Assembly: GCA_016839765.1 (NCBI GenBank)
Contig: JAEOTP010000062.1
Span: 1 to 10,086, forward strand
Reading direction: 5' to 3'
DNA: 10,086 nt
From: Promethearchaeota archaeon
GTDB lineage: Archaea > Asgardarchaeota > Lokiarchaeia > Sigyniarchaeales > SOKP01
Shown here piece by piece: positions 1 through 7,185 of this stretch. The notes beneath the pieces are model-generated. The model saw only the letters and a list, made by a program, of their open reading frames with translations, was not told the origin of the DNA and did no database searches. The position numbers were made by a program, and so were the translations under genes. Position 1 is the stretch's first letter, and every line of letters begins with the position of its first letter.

Positions 1-80
1 ATTATTGATTTATAAAAATCAAGCTCATCTATTAGATCTTTTCTCTGTTTATATTGGTCGAGCTTATCTTTAAAACTCAT
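1..80 (-). CDS. 5' end of a hypothetical protein running off the left edge (MSFKDKLDQYKQRKDLIDELDFYKSI...)
   Basis: ATG at 80-78, frame open to position 1; charged helical-looking sequence; divergent from the 190 gene. Not in the ORF track because it is truncated. Confidence 0.6.
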   Translation of the reverse strand, partial: MSFKDKLDQYKQRKDLIDELDFYKSI

Positions 81-189
81 ACTAATTTTTTTTCAAAAAG
101 GTAAAATATATTCTTTTTATATCTAATTAGGGCAATTACAAATTTAAATGTGATATAACACATTAAATATTATACTAAAATAATAATTT
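81..189. promoter_or_regulatory. Divergent promoter region
   Basis: AT-rich spacer between divergent starts. TATA-like TTAAATA at 163-169 lies ~25 nt before ATG190, and a minus-strand AAAAAG-AATATATTTT (118-103) lies ~25-30 nt before ATG80. No SD motif is visible, consistent with leaderless transcripts. Confidence 0.4.
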
Positions 190-831
190 ATGAGAAGAAA
201 AAAATTGACAAAAATTAGTCTTATTGTAGGATCGCCACGTAAAAATAGGAGCTGTAATTTTTTGATTGATCAAGCTATAGAGGGAATAAAATTAATCTCT
301 AGTGATTATGAAATAGAGAAAATTCAAATTTCTGATTATAATATTACTCCTTGCAATGGATGTGATCAATGTTTAAGACCGCCTAATGATTGTCCCCTTA
401 CTGAAAATGATGATATGAACAAGTTAGAAGAAAAAATTTTAGGATCATCTGCGATATTAATTGCAGCACCTAATTATTTTGGATCTGTTAGTTCTCAAAT
501 AAAAGTGTTAATTGACCGATCAAGGCCATGGAAAATGAAAAAGTATTTATTAAAAGATGTAATCTTTGCTCCTTTAGCATCTACCGGTCTAAGGAACGGA
601 GGAGAAGGAGTTATTTCAGATTTAATAAATTTTGCGCTTATCCAAGGAATGATAGTTGTAGCAAACAATCTCGGATCTCCTGTAATTGAAGGAAACATCC
701 CTATAACAAGCTTACAAAAATTTAATTTAAAAGAATTTATCGGGAAAGGAGAAACCGATGAACTGGCAGGTATAATAGCCAAAGATTTAGGAAAAAGAGT
801 GGCTAATTTAGTACAAAAAATTAAAAAATAA
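190..831 (+). CDS. Iron-sulfur flavoprotein (Isf) / NADPH-dependent FMN reductase (flavodoxin-like) family protein
   Basis: N-terminal GSPRKNRS FMN-phosphate loop; compact CNGCDQCLRPPNDC (CX2CX2CX6C) [4Fe-4S] motif; DDM, APNYFGSVSSQIKVLIDR and RNGG motifs. The true start may be TTG at 205. Confidence 0.9.
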   Translation: MRRKKLTKISLIVGSPRKNRSCNFLIDQAIEGIKLISSDYEIEKIQISDYNITPCNGCDQCLRPPNDCPLTENDDMNKLEEKILGSSAILIAAPNYFGSVSSQIKVLIDRSRPWKMKKYLLKDVIFAPLASTGLRNGGEGVISDLINFALIQGMIVVANNLGSPVIEGNIPITSLQKFNLKEFIGKGETDELAGIIAKDLGKRVANLVQKIKK

Positions 832-852
832 TTTAAATTTTAATTATCTTTT

Positions 853-1257
853 TTAAAAATCTTCATATTCTTCTGCTGATTCTTTGTAATCGTCTCCCGG
901 TTCTTCAAACTCCTCTCCAAATTTTTTGAATTCTACGGTGGGTTCTTCTTTAAAAAGAGTCTTATATTCTACACGTTCAGGTTCTTTCTCAAGTTTAATT
1001 AATTTATATTTTTTTTCAAAAAATTTGGGTGGTTTATCTCCAGGCCATAATATATTAGTAATCGCGCCAATTATGATTATCATCACGAATAATATTATAT
1101 ATAATGCTAAATCATTTTTTGGAAAAATTCTTAGTACAACCTCTATCCAATTAATCATCCAAGCTCCAATTGGACTTACAATTGGTTTTAAAAAATTTAG
1201 AATTGCACCTATTATTTCGGCTAATACTTGTAAAAAATCAACCGTTTGAAATATCAT
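853..1257 (-). CDS. Hypothetical membrane protein (amphipathic N-terminus, one strong TM helix, acidic C-terminal tail)
   Basis: Hydrophobic LALYIILFVMIIIIGAITNILW; Glu-rich tail; ATGA start/stop overlap with the upstream gene; GGAGGT SD at 1274-1269. Confidence 0.8.
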   Translation of the reverse strand: MIFQTVDFLQVLAEIIGAILNFLKPIVSPIGAWMINWIEVVLRIFPKNDLALYIILFVMIIIIGAITNILWPGDKPPKFFEKKYKLIKLEKEPERVEYKTLFKEEPTVEFKKFGEEFEEPGDDYKESAEEYEDF

Positions 1258-1766
1258 TTTTTCTCATAACCTCCGCTTATTCCATATCTTTTTTCACGGA
1301 TTTTTTCTCTATTAATAATAAAGTCAACTAAATCATAGCCTTTCAAAACAATAGTAAGAAAGTATATCCCTAGGTATACCATAATCATGTTTTGGAAATT
1401 TAAGAAAAAATATCCAGTCATGTGTTGGGAAGCATCAAATTGGAATAATATATCTGCTGCTCCAGAAAACTTGTAGCTCCATATATACAGACTATTAACT
1501 AGTATCTGAAGTAATGCAAATACTCCCTTACGTATTGATTGTTTGGGGGAAGAATAGGAGAAAAATGCCAACGAGCTAATTAATAATCCAAAAGCAGATA
1601 TCCAAAAAATAATAGATTCATACTCTTGCTGTTCAAGTACTATTGGAATGCCCAGATCGCTCAAATCTTTAATCCAAGTAAATGTAAAATAAGGTATGAC
1701 CATTGTAATTATTATGTAAGCACCCATAAAAATAATACCCTTAATTAAATTCTTTCCTGCTCCCAT
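1254..1766 (-). CDS. Hypothetical polytopic (about 4 TM) membrane protein
   Basis: Four hydrophobic segments, basic C-terminus, strong SD upstream. Confidence 0.85.
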   Translation of the reverse strand: MGAGKNLIKGIIFMGAYIIITMVIPYFTFTWIKDLSDLGIPIVLEQQEYESIIFWISAFGLLISSLAFFSYSSPKQSIRKGVFALLQILVNSLYIWSYKFSGAADILFQFDASQHMTGYFFLNFQNMIMVYLGIYFLTIVLKGYDLVDFIINREKIREKRYGISGGYEKK

Positions 1767-1772
1767 TTTAAA

Positions 1773-1781
1773 CTCCTCCTT
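1773..1781 (-). promoter_or_regulatory. Shine-Dalgarno site AAGGAGGAG
   Basis: Lies 6 nt upstream of ATG1766 and directly after the stop of the preceding gene. Confidence 0.8.
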
Positions 1782-1782
1782 A

Positions 1783-2349
1783 TTATGGAAATGTTCCTAG
1801 TGTAACATTATTTATCCCAAAAGTAAAAGCAATTAAATCTAGAGAATAATAAGCACTTATTGTGAGGTTTCCATGAAATTCTAAAACAGGCGTTCTGAAC
1901 CAATCAATTTCAGTAGTAGCATTTGGAAAATTAGCTTCTATAAAATCTGAACTATTCCCAAAAAATGCACCTGAATAAGTTTGACCTCTTATAATGTTTG
2001 GAAAAGTCTGAGCTTTATCAAAAACAACTGTATTAGTAGTTTCGTTGGTGGGGGTAGAAGCATTCCCAAAAGTCATGGAAATTTTAACCTTGATTATTAG
2101 ATTCGTTAAATCAAAATATCCAGCATTAGTAATATTAAATGGAATAGTAATATCCATACTACTTGGATTTGTAATGTTAAAATTAGCACTTGGTGGACCT
2201 GCCGGAATCTTAATATTTTCATTCACATTCCCAAGGATCATCACAGCAGATAGACCTCCCAAAATTGAAACTACTGTCATAGATAAAGTGAGTAAACCTA
2301 AAAATATTCGAACAATCCATCTGAAAACTCTTGAAGGTCTCATTTTCAT
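1783..2349 (-). CDS. Membrane-anchored protein with an extracellular LEA_2/WHy-like beta-sandwich domain
   Basis: Likely start ATG2349 or ATG2343 (MKMRPSRVFRWIVR): basic N-terminus, then a TM helix, then beta-rich ITIPFNITNAGYFDLTNLIIKVKI resembling the LEA_2 strand-N-P/A-x-x-F pattern; about 8 N-x-S/T sequons. The family call is by eye. Confidence 0.7.
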   Translation of the reverse strand: MKMRPSRVFRWIVRIFLGLLTLSMTVVSILGGLSAVMILGNVNENIKIPAGPPSANFNITNPSSMDITIPFNITNAGYFDLTNLIIKVKISMTFGNASTPTNETTNTVVFDKAQTFPNIIRGQTYSGAFFGNSSDFIEANFPNATTEIDWFRTPVLEFHGNLTISAYYSLDLIAFTFGINNVTLGTFP

Positions 2350-2446
2350 TAAATTTTCTTTATATATAGAGATAAAATTAGTATCTATTAAATAAATGAA
2401 TTTATCAAATAATATAGTATAAATTAATAAATTTATTTGCGAACTT

Positions 2447-2502
2447 AAAATATATTTTATAAATCTATATGGCACGGTTGCTGCCGTTAATCACTATATC
2501 TT
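2447..2502 (-). promoter_or_regulatory. Candidate eukaryote-like SECIS element in the 3' UTR of the HesB-like gene
   Basis: RNA UAUAG-UGAU-UAACGGCA-GCAACCG-UGCCAUAU-AGAU-UUAUA: UGAU/AGAU quartet with tandem G.A pairs, GGCA/UGCC upper stem, and AA 11 nt after GUGA. It is the only GC-rich patch in this intergenic region. The upper helix is imperfect. Confidence 0.4.
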
Positions 2503-2530
2503 CTAAAATTTTCAAGATAAGTACATTTTA

Positions 2531-2917
2531 TTAGCCATATACATTGGAATCTTTTTTCATGAACAAAATTCCTACTTTTTTTCCGTTAACTTCTCCAAGA
2601 GTAGCATCTATAATTACTAAAGGTTTGTCTTCTAATTCTAATATTATTTTTTTTTCAATGTACACTTCAATTTCAAGATCTTTATTTAAATTCTTATTAA
2701 TATTTGTGTTTTGCCATTCAATGAAATCATTATCCTTATAAACTTTGTATTTCTCAACTAACTCAACAACGTTTCCACAGAAACTCATCAATCACGATTC
2801 ATTCGAATAATAAAATAATACTACGACTAATTTTTCTGGATTTTTTTCCCTGTAAAGTTGGTTTTGTTCATGGATATAGTCTAATGCTTTATCTGAAAAT
2901 ATTAATTTAAATACATA
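2531..2917 (-). CDS. HesB/IscA-like small protein with in-frame UGA (candidate selenoprotein); start codon uncertain
   Basis: Frame reads YVFKLIFSDKALDYIHEQNQLYREKNPEKLVVVLFYYSNES-[TGA 2794-2792]-LMSFCGNVVELVEK...IEVYIEKKIILELEDKPLVIID...-TAA TAA. The pattern parallels HesB/IscA (ITLTxxAxxxI ... strand-GGC ... VKVFVD ... IDY). SD-like GGTGAT at 2922-2917. Confidence 0.6.
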
Positions 2918-3051
2918 TCACCAGAATAGTTTTTTTTTAGGTATCCTATTTTATAAGTTATAAATACAAAAACTAAAATATTTTGATAATAATTGCATTA
3001 TAAACTATTATTTTTATGTTCAAATAAATCTAAATCAAAATTGAAGTTATT
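2918..3051. promoter_or_regulatory. Divergent promoter region (HesB-like gene / P-type ATPase)
   Basis: AT-rich spacer with several TTATAA/TATAAA TATA-like boxes (about 2950-2965 and 2998-3004) between divergent genes. Confidence 0.4.
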
Positions 3052-5910
3052 ATGATGGATATAAAAAATCTTAATGCTCATGCAATAACTTCGGATAAAG
3101 TTGAAAAATTACTAGAAACATCAACTGAAACAGGTTTAACTGAAGCTCAGATTAAAACTAGGCTCGAAAAATATGGTAAAAATGAGTTGATTAAAGAAAA
3201 AGGAAAAACCGCTTGGCAAATTTTTATCAGCCAATTCAAAGATTTTTTAATATATCTACTATTTTTTGCGATTATAATATCATTAGCTATAGGAATTTAT
3301 GAATCATCTAAACCTGGAGCTGAAGCTTGGTCTTCAGAGTATACTGATGCAATAGTAATTGCGGCAATTTTAATTGTAAATGCTATATTGGGATTTTATC
3401 AGGAATACCAAGCCGAAAGATCTCTTGAGAGTTTAAAGAAATTAGCTCCTCATTTTGCTAAAGTGCGTAGGGAAGGCAAGGTTATAGAGATAGATGTAGA
3501 AGATTTAGTCCCTGGTGATATTGTGTTAATAGCGGAAGGAGATAAATTTCCAGCCGATATTAGATTATATAAAAAATTTTCACTAAACGTAGATGAGGCA
3601 ATATTAACGGGTGAATCAAAACCTGTCAACAAGCAACTAGAACCTGTAGATGAAAAAATGATTCTAGCAGATAGAACTAATCTAGGATACATGAATACTA
3701 TAATTACAAGAGGAAATGGAGAAGGTATTGTTATTGGAACTGGGATGAACACTGAGATCGGAAAAATTGCAGTAAGCCTGCAGGAAGAAAAAATTGAGCT
3801 TAGTCCCTTTCAAAAAGAAGTAAATAGATTTGGAAAACTATTGGGAATAGTAATATTAGTTATCTGTGCTTTAGTTTTTATAGTTGAACTAATAATTATC
3901 TTAGTTACAGAAGGATTTGCATTTGGACCTAATGAAATTAACGAAATTGTTGAAGCTTTTGAAATTTCAATAAGTCTGGCAGTATCTGCTGTTCCTGAAG
4001 GCCTTATTGTGGTGATTACAGTAGTAATGAGTATTGGAATGAGAAAAATGGCAGATAGAAATGCCCTAGTTAGAAAACTCACTGCCGTAGAAACTTTAGG
4101 AAGAGTTAATGTAATTTGCTCAGATAAAACAGGTACTTTAACAAAAAATGAAATGACTGTTGTGAAAGTTTTCCTAGGAGGAACAGTATATAATGTCGAA
4201 GGGGTTGGTTATGCTATTGAAGGTAAAATTTTTGATGATATGAACAAACAAGTACAAATGAGTGAGAATCTAAGAAGATTCTTAGATGTTTGTATGTTTT
4301 GCAATAATTCAAATGTCTCACCTAGAAATGATGGAACAAATGATACTGATGTTGTTGGAGATCCAACTGAAATCTCAATGAAGGTGTTAGCAATGAAAAT
4401 GGAACTTGATACAAAAGCTGAAAAAATTGATGAAATTCCTTTCAGTTCTGATAGGAAGATGATGTCAGTCGTTGTTAGGATTGATAATAAACTTTATGCT
4501 TTAATTAAGGGAGCTCCAGATGTTTTATTAAAAAACGCAAGTCAAGCTATTTATAACGGGGTAGTAAAACCGATTAATGAAGTAGGCGATAAAATTCTTG
4601 AACAAAATGAAGATTTTGCGAGGAATGCATTGAGAGTATTAGGTGTTGCATATAAACCAATAAATGAAGGTTATAAGGAAGAAGAAATCGAAAGAGACTT
4701 TATATATCTAGGTTTAACTGGAATAATAGATCCTGCGAGAGACGAAGTTAAAGCCTCAATAGAGGAAGCAAGGATGGCCGGAATAAGAACTATTATGATT
4801 ACTGGAGATCATAAAATTACTGCAATGGCGATTGCTCAAAAAATAGGTTTGACAGACTCTCTTGAAGCAATAACCGGAGCAGAATTAGAAGAAATGAGTG
4901 ATGACATACTCCAAGAGAAAGTAAAAACAGTAGATGTTTTTGCAAGAGTGTCATCAGCACATAAATTAAGAATTTTAAGAAGATTAAAAGAATTAGGTTT
5001 AATTGTTTCAATGACCGGAGATGGAGTGAATGATGCCCCTGCAGTGAAAGGTGCTCATGTAGGTGTTGCAATGGGCCTCAAAGGAACCGAGGTAACTCAA
5101 GAAGCTTCTGATATGATATTGATAGATGATAATTATGCTACTATAGTTAATGCAATAGAAGAAGGGAGAGGTATCTTTGAAACAACGAAGGGTTTTTTCC
5201 GCTACATGTTAAGTACAAATTTTGATGAAATATTTTTAATTCTCACTGCCTATATCGTTATGAAATTATTTCCGCTTATGTTTTTGGCGCTGCCGGTCGT
5301 TCCAATACAAATTTTATGGCTTAATATTGCTACAGATGGGATTCCCGCAATGGTTCTTGGTTTAACACCTTCAGATCCTGATGTTATGAAAGAAGAACCG
5401 CGTAAAGGATTTACACTACTCCCAGAAATTAAAGGCCCAGTTCTTCTACTTGGAATTTATACTTCAATTACAGATATCACCCTATATTTATTGTTATGGA
5501 GTGTTTTTATTCCTGCTTGGACCACAGCAGGGATAGATCCTGGACTTGTAAGCGGGGTTACTATTTTCGGTCAAACTTTTACTGCTCAAGAATATGCGAT
5601 CTCATTGACTCAAACAATAGTATTTACTAATCTGGTAGTATGCGAATTGTTGTTCGTCTATACTTGCACATCCAATATAAAACCATTCTATTTATTTCCA
5701 AATAAACATTTATTCTGGGCTACGGGACTTTCTCTTGGATTGCAAATGCTACTTCTTTTTACACCTCTTGGATTAGCTTTTCGTATTGTTCCACTTTATC
5801 ATCCTTACTATTGGATTGCTCTTTTCCTTGGTGCTTTTAGTGTATCTGTAGTGGATGAACTTCGTAAATGGAGATTAAGAAAGAAGAAAGGAATAAAAGC
5901 TAGGAAATAA
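3052..5910 (+). CDS. P-type IIA (SERCA/PMR1-like) Ca2+-transporting ATPase
   Basis: Motifs TGES, AVPEGL, CSDKTGTLT (phospho-Asp codon 4123-4125), KGAPD, DPAR, MITGD, TGDGVNDAPA; N-terminal GL...RLEKYGKNEL; M5 STNFDE, M6 QILWLNIATDGIPA, M8 VVCE. Confidence 0.96.
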   Translation: MMDIKNLNAHAITSDKVEKLLETSTETGLTEAQIKTRLEKYGKNELIKEKGKTAWQIFISQFKDFLIYLLFFAIIISLAIGIYESSKPGAEAWSSEYTDAIVIAAILIVNAILGFYQEYQAERSLESLKKLAPHFAKVRREGKVIEIDVEDLVPGDIVLIAEGDKFPADIRLYKKFSLNVDEAILTGESKPVNKQLEPVDEKMILADRTNLGYMNTIITRGNGEGIVIGTGMNTEIGKIAVSLQEEKIELSPFQKEVNRFGKLLGIVILVICALVFIVELIIILVTEGFAFGPNEINEIVEAFEISISLAVSAVPEGLIVVITVVMSIGMRKMADRNALVRKLTAVETLGRVNVICSDKTGTLTKNEMTVVKVFLGGTVYNVEGVGYAIEGKIFDDMNKQVQMSENLRRFLDVCMFCNNSNVSPRNDGTNDTDVVGDPTEISMKVLAMKMELDTKAEKIDEIPFSSDRKMMSVVVRIDNKLYALIKGAPDVLLKNASQAIYNGVVKPINEVGDKILEQNEDFARNALRVLGVAYKPINEGYKEEEIERDFIYLGLTGIIDPARDEVKASIEEARMAGIRTIMITGDHKITAMAIAQKIGLTDSLEAITGAELEEMSDDILQEKVKTVDVFARVSSAHKLRILRRLKELGLIVSMTGDGVNDAPAVKGAHVGVAMGLKGTEVTQEASDMILIDDNYATIVNAIEEGRGIFETTKGFFRYMLSTNFDEIFLILTAYIVMKLFPLMFLALPVVPIQILWLNIATDGIPAMVLGLTPSDPDVMKEEPRKGFTLLPEIKGPVLLLGIYTSITDITLYLLLWSVFIPAWTTAGIDPGLVSGVTIFGQTFTAQEYAISLTQTIVFTNLVVCELLFVYTCTSNIKPFYLFPNKHLFWATGLSLGLQMLLLFTPLGLAFRIVPLYHPYYWIALFLGAFSVSVVDELRKWRLRKKKGIKARK

Positions 5911-5974
5911 TCCAGAATTTCTTTTATTTTAACTTTATTTTTTAAAATTCTAATTTCGATCATTAAGCATTAGC
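5911..5974. terminator. Convergent intergenic region with T-tracts (probable archaeal terminator for the ATPase)
   Basis: TTTCTTTTATTTTAACTTTATTTTTT directly after the ATPase stop. Confidence 0.45.
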
Positions 5975-7057
5975 TTAATGAGTTATTCTATTTTCTTTAA
6001 TATATTTGAAGAAAAGTCCTATTCCTACTATTTTAAAGGTATCTTGAACGTTAATGTTATGTAATGCGGAAGTCTCAATAAAAGAACATTTAAGTTCGTG
6101 AGCTTTATTTAAACCTTCTTCTTTGGAGATTTGTCGCTGTTCCTCTAAATCTATTTTATTTGCTATAAGTACGATTGGTAAATTACCTAATTCTTTCCGA
6201 GCATCTTTAAACCAAAAATTTATTGCATCATCAAAAGTTTCACGTCGAGTAACATCATAAACTACAAAAGCGCATTTAGCTCCTTTATAATATTCATGTC
6301 TAACACGTTTAAAGTACTCTTGTCCAGCAAAATCGTAGATAAGAAACTTTACAACATCTTCCTTAAATCCTTGGACAAAGTATTTCTGTGTTGAGATGGA
6401 AATACCTAAAGTTGGACGATAATCTATTATGACTTCTTTTTTCAAAAATCGATTAATAAGAGTAGTCTTTCCGACTGCTTTGGAACCTAACACGATAAGT
6501 TTAAATAATTTTTCTCCATTCTCTTCCTTTTTTATTTGATGTACTGCTTTTACTCCCTCAAATAAATTACTTGATTCTGTTAAAGCATACCTATCTAAAC
6601 TCACAGAAATATTTTCGTGAATTTTTAAATCTGGAATTTCTAAAGTATTATAGTTGAAATCAAAACTTTCTTCTAGCAATTGAGCAATTTTCTCAACAAC
6701 AAGATAAGCTATTGGAAATAGATTATTTAAGTCTATCTTATAGCTACAGACTAATAGTAAAATTGCTTCTGGGCCTGCTTCAAGATAAACTATTCTATGA
6801 TCTGAAGTTTCAAATGAACCACTTCCATAATGTCCTATTTTATACTCTAAAGATATTTTATCTAATAGGTTTTCGACTAAAGCAGTTAGTGCACCGTAAA
6901 TTTCATCAATTTCTTGTTCATCATCTATTTTTTTTTCTATATTGCCATACTTAGATATTAAAAGTCCCTGATTAGAATATAAAAAAGCAACTTCTATATC
7001 CTTTTGGGACTCTACAAAATTTTTTAGTAGAATTCCAATATTTTCTTCTTTAGTCAT
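5975..7057 (-). CDS. Roadblock/LC7 (MglB-like) domain fused to a C-terminal Rab-like small GTPase
   Basis: The N-terminal ~130 aa show a roadblock pattern (VAFLYSNQGLLIS...EIYGALTALV...IVYLEAGPEAILLLV). The C-terminal domain has G1 GSKAVGKTT, G2 YRPTLG, G3 DFAGQE, YYKGA, VVYDVT, G4 NKID and G5 ETSA. Confidence 0.92.
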   Translation of the reverse strand: MTKEENIGILLKNFVESQKDIEVAFLYSNQGLLISKYGNIEKKIDDEQEIDEIYGALTALVENLLDKISLEYKIGHYGSGSFETSDHRIVYLEAGPEAILLLVCSYKIDLNNLFPIAYLVVEKIAQLLEESFDFNYNTLEIPDLKIHENISVSLDRYALTESSNLFEGVKAVHQIKKEENGEKLFKLIVLGSKAVGKTTLINRFLKKEVIIDYRPTLGISISTQKYFVQGFKEDVVKFLIYDFAGQEYFKRVRHEYYKGAKCAFVVYDVTRRETFDDAINFWFKDARKELGNLPIVLIANKIDLEEQRQISKEEGLNKAHELKCSFIETSALHNINVQDTFKIVGIGLFFKYIKENRITH

Positions 7058-7185
7058 AGTTCTGGATTTATTTCTACTTACAAAAATAATAAATTACTTT
7101 TTTTTAATTCTTTTCATTAATTTTAAATTGTTTTTAAAATTTTAATTTACATTATACTTCTATATTCCTAATTATTTAAGAGATA
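7058..7185. promoter_or_regulatory. Divergent promoter region (GTPase fusion / ACD beta)
   Basis: Extremely AT-rich spacer between divergent starts; individual boxes cannot be assigned confidently. Confidence 0.35.

Noticed and set aside
495-782. Antisense 95-aa ORF
   Set aside because: Shadow of the well-supported Isf gene; no motifs.
926-1249. Plus-strand 107-aa ORF
   Set aside because: Antisense to the SD-supported, translationally coupled 853-1257 gene.
2045-2395. Plus-strand 116-aa ORF
   Set aside because: Antisense shadow of the LEA_2-like gene.
2426-2459. Palindromes AATAAATTTATT and TAAAATATATTTTA
   Set aside because: Composed only of A/T in an A/T-saturated spacer, so expected by chance. 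The second could compete with the SECIS lower helix.
2350-2475. 42-codon N-terminal extension from GTG2475 in the ORF track
   Set aside because: Nearly pure A/T, promoter-like sequence with no SD; the basic-then-TM N-terminus begins naturally at ATG2349/2343.
2497-2519. Minus-strand UAUCUUGA...GAAGAUA hairpin as an alternative SECIS core
   Set aside because: Only about 8 nt lie between the GA pairs, too short for helix II and a loop.
2544-2741. Plus-strand 65-aa ORF
   Set aside because: Antisense to the HesB-like gene; no recognisable features.
2792-2794. Genome-wide UGA reassignment (Trp/Gly) as the explanation for the in-frame TGA
   Set aside because: The long genes contain no internal TGA, Trp is encoded by TGG, and TGA serves as the stop at 1256-1254 (ATGA overlap).
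3450-5071. Three short antisense ORFs (3450-3752, 3810-4082, 4817-5071)
   Set aside because: Shadows within the P-type ATPase.
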